The translations under genes and the position numbers were made by a program. A DNA stretch of 64,000 bases from contig NC_042999.1 in NCBI RefSeq assembly GCF_006345805.1, forward strand, positions 42,780,001-42,844,000, given 5' to 3'. This stretch comes from Octopus sinensis. Taxonomy: Eukaryota. Below, piece after piece: positions 53,180-64,000 of the stretch; positions within the stretch are counted from its first letter, which is position 1, and each line of letters starts with the position of its first letter. The notes under the pieces are model-generated. The model was given only the letters and a program-made list of their open reading frames with translations, did no database searches and was not told the DNA's origin.

Positions 53180-53860
53180 TGTGTGTGTTTGTCCCCCTAG
53201 CATTGCTTGACAACCGATGCTGGTGTGTTTACGTCCCCGTAACTTAGCGGTTCGGCAAAAGAGACCGATAGAATAAGTACTGGGCTTACAAAGAATAAGT
53301 CCCGGGGTCGATTTGCTCGACTAAAGGCGGTACTCCAGCATGGCCGCAGTCAAATGACTGAAACAAATAAAAAGAAAAAAGAAAAAGAAAAGTATGAAAC
53401 TTGGGATTATTATATGAAAAGGAGATGAAGAAGCATAGAAAACTAGGCAACGAGTTGGCAGAAACGTTAGCACGCCGGGTGAAATGCGTAGCCGCATTTC
53501 GTCTACCGTTACGTTCTGAGTTCAAATTCCGCCGAGGTCGACTTTGCCTTTCATCCTTTCGGGGTCGATAAATTAAGTACCAGTTACGCACTGGGTCGAT
53601 GTAATCGACTTAATCCGTTTGTCTGCCCTTGTTTGTCCTCTCTGTGTTTAGCCCCTTGTGGGTAGTAAAGAAATAGGTATTTCGTCTACCGTTACATTCT
53701 GAGTTCAAATTCCGCAGACGCCGACTTTGCCTTTCATCCTTTCGGAATTGATAAATTAAGTACCAGTTACGCACTGGGGTCGATATAATCGACTTAATCC
53801 GTTTGTCTGTCCTTGTTTGTCCCCTCTGTGTGTAGCCCCTTGTGGGCAGTAAAGAAATAT
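52951..53860 (+). mobile_element. Full SINE-A followed by SINE-B dimer
   Basis: Family motifs. Confidence 0.88.
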
Positions 53861-54074
53861 GAAATAAGAAAACGGTAGAGAAGTGGCTGTAATATTTCTC
53901 GGAAATTAGCTTGAGGTCTCTAACTCTTTGAGTTAAAGTCCCTCAAGGACGGGGATGGGGTAACTTTGTCTTTCATATTACTAGGGCCCATAGACTACGT
54001 ACATTGGTAGTATATTCAGTCAGCAATGCCCTTTATATTACAAATTTATAACTTTGTTCCAACGTTAGAAATTA

Positions 54075-54722
54075 TTGATTTCAAATTTTGGCACAAAGCC
54101 AGCAATTTGAAGAGAAGTACTAAATCGATTACATCAACCCCAGTGATCTTCTGGTACTTATTTTATCGGCCCCGAAAGCATGAAAGGCGAATTTGGCCTT
54201 GGCAGCATTTGAACCCAGAACGCTAAGACGAACGAAACCCCGTTGAGCATTTTGCCCGGCTTGCTAACGATTCTGCCAGCTCGCCGTTCTTCCAGTGTAA
54301 GAAAATTATCATTAAGGAAAATATATTGGATAGTTGTGATATCTTTTATTTCTTTCAGTCATTGGACTGCGGTCATGCTGGAGCATCCGCTTTAAAGAGT
54401 TTTTAGTCAAACAAATCGACTCCAGTACTTATTCTTTTTGAAGTCTGGTACTTATCCAATCGGACTCTTTTTACCAAATCGCTATGTTATGGGGATGTAA
54501 ACACACCAACACCGGTTGTCAAACGGTGGAGAGACAAACACACACATACATACATATGTACAACGAGATGCTTTCAGTTTCCGTCAACCAAATCCACTCA
54601 GAAGGCTTTGGCCGGCTCGGGGCTATAGTAGAAGACATTTGCCCAAGGTGCCACGCAGTAAGACTGAACCCGAGACCATGTGATTGAGAAGCAAGCTTCT
54701 TACCACATGGCTATGCTTTCAC
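54075..54722 (-). mobile_element. Diverged SINE-B and SINE-A
   Basis: Family motifs on minus strand. Confidence 0.75.
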
Positions 54723-55360
54723 CTACATTTTCCAAAGTTAGTAGTAGCGTGGGAGAATCGGTACGGTTCCATAGAGAACTCGAAACAGAGTGAGGTCGAA
54801 GACCTGGTACAATGGGAACTTATCATCACACGCTCCGTTTTTAATACATAAATTTAGATTAATGAGAAATTTGATTTTGTTGTTTTTATTTTAATCTCTC
54901 TTTATTTTATTCTTTCAATATTGGAAAACTTCGGGGAAATATATAAAAAGGAAGGAAAGCAATATAAAAAAAATCGCAACAACACAAAAGGAAGAAAGAG
55001 CTTTTAATATAGAAATGATTTTCCTTCAAACTTATTTGCAAAATGCCGAGTGAATAAATGTATAGCGTCAAATATATAGCCAGCCAACCTTTTACGAGAC
55101 AAAACAATACTCGGAAGACATTTAAAAAGAAGAAAAAATACTCCTATTTCACACAAAACATTTTTTTTATAGCCAGTATTACAATACTTTGTCTTTAGTC
55201 ATAAGACGGAAGAATTTTTTCTTTAATATAAGAATGTATATAAATAAGAAATTTCCAATTACTTACAGGTGAAATTATCTACGAACAAGTCTGGAATTTC
55301 AGAATTGATTACTTTGGTCAGACCATTCACGAGGTCTTACGCAAAAACGTCTATTTATTT

Positions 55361-55392
<32 letters not shown>

Positions 55393-55619
55393 TGAAATGT
55401 CAGAGTAACTCGGTTGCAATACGAACAATAGGAAGAGATCTTGTCAGGGGTCTGTTAAAAAAGCAGCTGATATATCGAGAAAAAAAGACAAATAAAAAGA
55501 GATAAGGTAATTTTAGGCGATTAACTCACCTAATCAGATTGCTTAAAATTTTGATCGATCTGACGGTGGGATGAAGTTGGCTCTTGTAAATAAATAATCG
55601 CAATATAAGAACGCGTGAA

Positions 55620-56040
55620 AGCGGCGAACTGGCAAAATCGTTAGCACGTCAGGCAAAATGCTTAGCGGTATTTCGACCGTCTTCACGTTCTGTGTTCAAA
55701 TTCCGCCGACGTCGACTTTGCTTTTCATCCTTTCGGGGTCGATAAATCAAGTACCAGTTACGCACTGGGGTCGATAAAACCGACTTAATCCGTTTGTCTC
55801 TCCTTGTTTGTCTCCTCTGTGTTTAGCCCCTTGTGGGTAGTAAAGAAATAGGTATTTCGTCTGCCGCTACGTTCTGAATTCAAATTCCGCCGAGGTCGAC
55901 TTTGCCTTTCATCCTTTCGGGGCCGTCGAAATAAGTACCAGCTGAAAACTGGGGTCGATCTAATCAACTTATCACCTCCCCCCGAAATTACTGGCCTTGT
56001 GCCAAATTTTGAAACCAATATATGAACGTGCGTGCGTGTG

Positions 56041-56073
<33 letters not shown>

Positions 56074-56590
56074 GTGTGTTAGGCGAATAGCTGGCAAAAT
56101 TGTTAGCACACCGGGCGAAATACTTAGCGGTATTTCGTCTGCCGCTACGTTCTGAGTTCAAATTCCGCCGAGGTCGACTTTGCCTTTCATCCTTTCGGGG
56201 TCGATAAATTAAGTACCAGTTACGCACTGGGTTCGGTATAATCGACTTAATCCATTTGTCTCTCCTTGTTTGTCTTTTCTGTGTTTAACCCCTTGGGGGT
56301 AGTAAAAAATAGGTATTTCGCTTGTCGCTACGTTCTGAGTTCAAATTCCGCCGAGATCGACTTTGCCTTTCGTCCGTTCGGGGTCGATTAAATAAGTATC
56401 AGTTAAGCACTGGGGTCGATGTAATCGACTTAATCCGTTTGTCTGTCCTTGTTTGTCCTCTCTGTGTTTAGCCCCTTGTGGGTAGTAAAGAAATAGGTAT
56501 TTCGTCTGCCGCTACGTTCTGAGTTAAAATTCCACCGAGGTCGACTTTGCCTTTCATCCTTTCGAGGTCGATAAATTAAGTACCAGTTGT
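55620..56590 (+). mobile_element. SINE-B dimer and trimer
   Basis: Junctions at ~55843, 56305, 56488. Confidence 0.88.
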
Positions 56591-57458
56591 GTACGACCTA
56601 ATTTTGTAAGTTTTATGATTGAAATTATCACTCATTGAGTTGGCACTGTGGCAGCAGTTCGTCGGTTAGGCGTGGTAAAAGAACGTATTCAGATACTGAA
56701 ACATTGCAGTAACAGACACCACGAACAACATTCTTCCAACACAAGAAGACAATCTAGCTGCTAATACTGTCAGGATTTAGGAGTAAGGTTTCTGATATCA
56801 CGAATGTACAAGAGGTGGCGGTCTTCCTAATTTATTTAGATATGAAAATCTAATTTAAACCAAGTAGGAAAGATCAATTTTGAAGGTCCATATTCAATTT
56901 CAGAAGCTAATCGTGAAGTATGAATTAGTTATAATCTGCGTGCCTTTACGTCGCTAGCTAATAAAAAGCATTCTGTCGACAGGAATTTTCTACAAAATGT
57001 TCACAGATGCTTACTATTAAACATATGTAATTCTATTAAAGCAAAAACATTTTCATTTGTCTTTACTTTTCTGGTAAATTTTAACTACTCACTTCATTCT
57101 CACATGCATTAAAACTTGTTGCGTGACACACACTAATGTATCGTAAGTTTATGGTAATGGATGCAGTACCCTACAAGCAGCGTCGAAAATAATAACAACT
57201 AGTGACCAATTTGTATTTATCTTTTACTTCATTGAACTGCGGCCATTCTGGGGCACCGCCTTGAAGAACTTAGTGGAACAAATAAATCGATTTCAGGACT
57301 TTTTTTTTAAAGTCTGGTACTTATTTTATCGTACCTATTGCTGAACCGCTAAGTTACAGGGACGTATACAAACCAACACTGGTTGCTAAGTGGTGGGATG
57401 TACAAACACAGACATCATATGTGTGTACACACACACACACACACGCGCGCGCGCACGA

Positions 57459-57519
<61 letters not shown>

Positions 57520-57564
57520 CAAATATATAATATATATATATAATATATTATAATATATAATATA

Positions 57565-57610
<46 letters not shown>

Positions 57611-59016
57611 ATATATATATATATTTATATATATATATATATTTAATTGTTAAACAGGACGTCAAACATTAAGGCAATGCGAACATTTCAAGTCATATAC
57701 AATATTATTACAGGAAGAAATTCAAAGTCATATAGTGGATAGAACTGGAATACCTTGACAAAGGCTGAGTTTCGCTAAACAACAACATCAACTCGTATAC
57801 TTTGTTATCAACAATATGGCAGAAGGAAAATACCTCTACATACATATCCACATACAGATATAGTAAGATCTCACATATGTGAAATAGTGAATTGAAAAAC
57901 TTCATTTCTCTGAAATTATCGACGTAATTAGTAGACAAAAATCACCCTTCAGGAAAAACTGACTTTGACGTGATACGAACTAAGGACGTAAAAAAAAACC
58001 GTAAGGCTTTTTCGTCCGATGCTCTAATCGATTCTGCTAATCCACCTATTTTCTTCTTTCTGCATATAGATCTCTCTTAGTATTGCCAACTGAATAGAAT
58101 ATCCTTTGTTGATTAGACTGGAACATGTTGACTTTCAAGCCCAAATATATTCCTATACTGCATCTCCTATAATTTCCAAAATTTCAATTAACTATTTTAA
58201 CTAGGGTTGTCTTTCTTTTTAATAGTAGGGATTGAGCAATCGTAGAGGAAGTGTTTGTCAGCAAAGTGCAGGGCTAATCTCACTTATTCGAAGTTTTCCC
58301 ACTCAGTCTCTTTCATATGTGAGACATTTTTAGCATACGAGCTAGCAAGATCGTTAAAAGCGCCGGAAAAAAAATGCTTTGCAATGTTTGTACTGACTAT
58401 GAGTTCAAATCCCACCGAGATCAACCTTGCCTTTCATTCATTTGGAATCGATAACAAAGTATTAGTCAAATTCTGGAGTCGAAGAGACTAACACTATCCT
58501 CTCAAAATTGCTGGCCTTGTATCTAAATAACAAACCATTATTAACAGGAAATAATTAGTACATGTTCGTAGGAACACATTCTTATATTGGTTTCAAATTT
58601 TGGCACAAGGCCAGCAATTTCGGTGGAGGAGATAAGTTGATTAGTTCGACACCAGTGTTCAACTGGGACTTATTTTATCGATCTCGAAAGGATTAAGGGT
58701 AAAGTTCACTTCAGTGAAATTTGAACACGGAACGTAAAGACGGGCGAAATACCTATTTCTAACGTTTCTGCCAGCTCGCCGGTGCTGCCTAGTCTGAGTG
58801 GTCGATTTTCTCAATTATAACATTTTTTTCGAAAATTTGTTCAAATCATCGGTTATATGCCTTGAAGATGGCCCCTTCTTCTGAATCACATTTAAATTCA
58901 TTTATTGAATTCGCTGCATGGTCTGGCGAAAACGTATTTTCAGGTTTTGTTACCAACTTCATTAGTTTTAGCATTTGTTGCTATAACATTTGTTGTTGTT
59001 CTTGTTGTTCTTCATA

Positions 59017-59430
59017 GGCGCAGCAGTGGCTGCCTGTTAAGTAGCTTGCTTACCAACCACATGGTTCCGGGTTCAGTTCCACTGCGTGGCAGCTTGGACA
59101 AGTGACTTCTACTATAGCCTCGGGTCGACCAAAGCCTTGTGAGTGGATTTGGTAGACGGAAACTGAAAAAAGCCCGTCGTATATATATGTGTGTGTGTGT
59201 GTGTGTTTGTGTGTTTATGTGTCTGTGTTTGTCCCCCCCCCCCAACATCACTTGACAACCGATGCTGGTGCGTTTACGTCCCCGTAACTTAGCGGTTCGG
59301 CAAGAGAGACCGATAGAATAAGTACTAGGCTTACAAAGAATAAGTCCTGGGGTCGATTTGCTCGACTAAAGGCGGTGCTCCAGCATGGCCGCAGTCAAAT
59401 GACTGAAACAAGTAAATGAGTAAATGAGTA
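59017..59430 (+). mobile_element. SINE-A
   Basis: Family motifs. Confidence 0.88.
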
Positions 59431-59485
59431 AAAAATTGTAGGACACAATCTTTTTTATTTCTTTATTGCCCACAAGGGGTTAGAC

Positions 59486-59701
59486 CAGGGGTGGGCAAAC
59501 TTTTTTGATCGCGGGCCGCACAGTGCGTCTTTGGAATCTTGGCGGGCCTCATTTATAAAAATCAAGTGAAAATATTGTGAATTACCGTACAGTTACGAAG
59601 TATCTGCATAGAAGTTGGGATTCATAAAAGCTCTCGGCGAGCCGCATGAAAACCTATGGCGGGCCGCATGCGGCCCGCGGGCCGTAGTTTGCCCACCCCT
59701 G
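59486..59701. mobile_element. hAT (Charlie-type) MITE, 216 bp, inserted in a SINE-B tail
   Basis: TIR caggggtgggcaaact / agtttgcccacccctg; 8-bp TSD ggttagac; internal gcgggccg repeats. Confidence 0.93.
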
Positions 59702-60217
59702 GGTTAGACATAGAGGAGACAAACAAGGACAAAGAGATTAAGTCAATTACAACGACCCAGTACGTAACTGGTACTTAATTTATCGACCACCGCGTGAAAA
59801 AATTTTCTTTTTTAATGTCGTCTGCGTGAATTATTTATATCCTCGTCGCTATTGTTATGATTTGGTGCTTTCCAGTTATAATGTATGGTCATTGTTGTGA
59901 CTGTAACTGATGTATCTACTCTAGTAACCACGATATTTTCTTGGTATCGGATACAGTGTATCTATTCTATACCAGAATGGTAATACACCGCTCCGTCCAT
60001 CATGCTATCACTGACAGCTCTGCAAGTCATCGAATTTGAACAGCCTACCTTGACTGTGACTCGAACTCGACTATAACACGTAAGTGACACTTAACTCCAA
60101 ATGAGATCTCGTACGACTGACACACGACTCCCCGTACTGGTAGACGAAGTCTCGCTTTATAGTGGCTCCTTCATATCACTTGTTCCGTGGGAAGGGTGTA
60201 CCATTTCCACTACAGCA

Positions 60218-60291
<74 letters not shown>

Positions 60292-60737
60292 CACATACAT
60301 ACACATATATATATCTGACATACAGAGAAAACAGGAAAATGTAACATAGCATGTGTGTGCGTGTGTGAGTGTATGTATGTGTATGTGCGCATGTTTGTGT
60401 GTGTATGCGCGTGGGTATATGTGTGTATGTGTGTGCGCGTATGTGTGTGTGTGATTGAGAGAGAGAGAGAGAGAGAGGGGGGAGAAAAAGAGACAAGATC
60501 AATCATAATACTTTTTGCACCATGTTTGGAAACTTAATCTATTTTATTGAAGCTGCTGACGTCCTTGAGAAAACCGAGAAGTCACGCGATCTTATAGAAT
60601 CGAAGCCTAGTAACAAATTAATACATGTGTGGAAAGACATCTAACTTAGCAAAAGCAGAGATAGTGAGATGGATAGAGAGAGATACATCAAAAGATAGGT
60701 AGGGGAGAAGGGGAGAGGGAAGAAGTGAAAACGAAAG

Positions 60738-60869
<132 letters not shown>

Positions 60870-61865
60870 TGAAAGAAAGAAGGAAAATATATAACATTAG
60901 TTCCGTTTTGAATATGAACAAAGGTTCTATATTTTAGGAGAATAAGAAATAGGGGTTGTGACTTTTCATACCATTGTAAAGGACATTAATAGCGTAAGCG
61001 AACCGAAAATACCGCATCGAAACCATTTTGTGGTTTCGTCTTATCTCGCCTGTAACTTATCACTCGATCTGCAGTGCTCCTCTCGTTCTTCCTCTCACTG
61101 CTTCTTTCTGTCTCTTTTCTCCCCTACTTTCATTCTTTCTCCCTCTCTCTTTCTCGTTCTGTCTGTCTCTCTCCCTTTCTCTCTGTTACGCACAAAGGAA
61201 TAGAGAGAGAGAGAGAAAGAGACAGATAGACTGAGATTCTTAGTGACTGTGTCGTATTAGATTCCATTTTAAAAGTACTGTGTCTGCAGCAGAGAGATAT
61301 ATTGTCTGCGAGTGGAATAATTCATCTGAAAATATAGTTTCAGAACCGAGACATCTACATATTAACCAATCGAAACACGTTGTTGGCTGCTTGAAACGAT
61401 GTTTTAATACAAATGGCATCAGCTCAGTAAACAGTCACTTCAGAATTGCATTTACGGTCAACCGTTCTATAATACAACGACTTTTATAATTATGTGATTG
61501 GGTATTTCGGAGGTTAACCCTCCCATTAGTATTAGTGGATGGCTGGATGGTTGGATGTAGGGATGATTATCGTACTGTTATTGTAGGAGGGAAAATTCAC
61601 TATTACCTCTTAAATTAGCAAACTTGCTAAACAGGAGGTCCGAGTTCTTGTCAAAATGTCGGAGTGAAAATAAAAACATGTACCTCATCCATCATATAAT
61701 ATAGTGCCCGGCTGGTACCCTACCAAGTCACGAACCAAACGCTAACTAGATACACATAACGTATTTTTCTTCATTTTGAGTAGGTTACTACTTTGAACAG
61801 GATACATTCTTACATAAAATGTAACAGGCATACAACCATTCATATATACATATATATATATGTGT

Positions 61866-61907
<42 letters not shown>

Positions 61908-62015
61908 GTGTGTATTTAAAAATGTATATACGCATATATACATATATAAATATACATTGAAGAAGGTCGTTAGAATTACCCACTTCTACCCCTCTCTCAT
62001 TCTTTCTCTCTCTTT

Positions 62016-62052
<37 letters not shown>

Positions 62053-62142
62053 TCTCTCACTCTCTCTCTCACTCTCTCTCTCACTCTCTCACTCTCTGTC
62101 TTTTCTCTCTCTCTATATATATATATATATGTATATAAATAT

Positions 62143-62183
<41 letters not shown>

Positions 62184-62221
62184 ATCCTCACACACACGCA
62201 TATGTATGTATGTGTGTATGG

Positions 62222-62253
<32 letters not shown>

Positions 62254-62294
62254 ATATATATACACGCATATGTATGTATGTGTGTATGGTATAT

Positions 62295-62326
<32 letters not shown>

Positions 62327-62851
62327 AGATACGTGGAGTTTTTCGTCAGAGTGACTTAAACTAATAGGTATGCGATCTGAGTTCTGAAATAGGTATGCCA
62401 CTAAAATTCCGCTTTGAACTGCCTTATCCAAAGCGCCTAGAAGTGACTTCCCTTAGGAAGAAAGACAAACAATTTAGTAAGACTTGGCAAGGCGTCTCGG
62501 ATGACGAAATACTGAGCATATGGAATCTTCGCGCGGCGACACGATGTTCCAACAGCTGGGATATCCTAGAAATAGCTGTCAGACGCCGAGCAGCTGGATA
62601 GTTGCCCGGGCCTTAAGGCAGCACTGCACACGTTATAAACTAAACAGCAACTATATCACCATCAGCATCATCAACAACAACACACAAACGCACATACACA
62701 TACACACAAGCACGCACACACACACACACACGCAAACTATATTACATATGCTAAGTCGGTGTGTTATGTGCAAAGATGAGTTCTGCAGACATTGCAGAAA
62801 GTCGTTAGAATTACCCCCTTCTATCCCTCTCTCACTCGTTCTCTCTCTTTC

Positions 62852-62886
<35 letters not shown>

Positions 62887-62934
62887 TTTCTCTCTCTCTC
62901 CCGCTTTCACTCTCTTTATTTCTTTCTCTTACAT

Positions 62935-63540
62935 TGGTTTCAAATTTTGGCACAAAGCCAGCAATTTTAGGTGGGTAATCAGCCAATTACATCGACCCCA
63001 GTGTTCAACTAGTATAAGTTCCACAGACCTCGAAGTGATGAAAGGCAAAGTCAACCACGACACAATTTGAACTCAGGATGCAAAGATCCGGAAGAAATGC
63101 AGCTAAAGATTCTCCCAGCTCCTCCCCTTTCTCTTATGTTGGTTTCAACATGTGGCACAAGGCCAGTAAGTTCGGAGGAGGGCGGAGGTTGATTACATCG
63201 ACCCCAAGGCTCAACTAGAACTTATTTTATCGACCCCGAAAGGATGAAAAGCAAAGTCGACCTCGGTGGAATTTGAACTTAGAACGTAAAAGCAAAGGAA
63301 ATACCTATTTCTTTACTACCCACAGGAGGCTAAACACAGAGAGGACAAACAGGGACAGATAAAACGGATTAAGTCGATTATATCGACCCCAGTGCGTAAC
63401 TGGTACTTGTTTAATCGACCCCGAAAGGATGAAAGGCAAAGTCGACCTCGGCGGAATTTGAGCTCAGAACATAACGGTGGACGAAATACCGCTCAGCATT
63501 TCGCCCGGCGTGCTAACGATTCTGGCAGCTCGCTGCCTTT
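62935..63540 (-). mobile_element. SINE-B monomer and dimer
   Basis: Family motifs; junction at ~63298. Confidence 0.82.
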
Positions 63541-64000
63541 CCTTTCTCTTATATTACCAGGTTTATGTATTTAGTTTTTACCGATGCAGACGACCGTCAC
63601 CATTTTTCCTTGAACTTCAGGTTTCGTTTGGAATGAACGTCGTATCTGATCAAGCTCACGTACAACATCCACTGTTATTGATTATTCCATATCTCAGTTG
63701 TATTCTATAATCAAATAAACATACGCGCGAGTTACCTTAATCATTCGCAGCCCTTTGCAAATGCTAACAGAATAGATCCTGTATGTTTACTCGGTGGATT
63801 AATTCAATAATTGTTCATTTAGACTAGAGATTAGCCTCTTCCAATTTGCTGAGATAATTAGAAAGAAATATTTACAACATATTGAATAATTTACTAATGA
63901 ATCATAAATTCACATTAATGTATCTTATCGTAGATTGGCCGAAATAATTTGCATCTACGACCAAAGAGTTCTCTTTTTCTTTCTTGCTTGCTCTCTCTCG

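Noticed and set aside
57708-57938. Candidate minus-strand exon with a plausible acceptor
   Set aside because: No consistent donor, frame or homology
62395-62601. 68-aa ORF in non-repetitive sequence
   Set aside because: No recognisable domain or splice signals

Overview
AT-rich, microsatellite-dense eukaryotic non-coding DNA. The repeat repertoire looks like an octopod cephalopod (Octopus-like) intron or intergenic region; this is inferred from the SINE families, not proven. No intact host protein-coding gene is supported, and nearly all listed ORFs are microsatellite or SINE artefacts. The window holds more than 40 copies of tRNA-derived SINEs (three families), decayed LINEs (RTE, CR1, Tx1/L1, R4/Dong), Tc1/mariner relics, MITEs and Helitron-like ends. 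Most interesting signals: (1) four unrelated minimal hammerhead-ribozyme motifs in Penelope-like relics, three associated with fold-back/inverted DNA and two sharing a non-canonical CCGANGA core; (2) a SINE that occurs as head-to-tail ~184-bp multimers with a nearly invariant junction at many loci; (3) an RTE LINE with three C-terminal C2H2 fingers; (4) (TAA)n-embedded Dong retrotransposons, one inserted into a CR1 tail inside a Tx1 element. Coordinates were read by eye and boundaries of decayed repeats are approximate.
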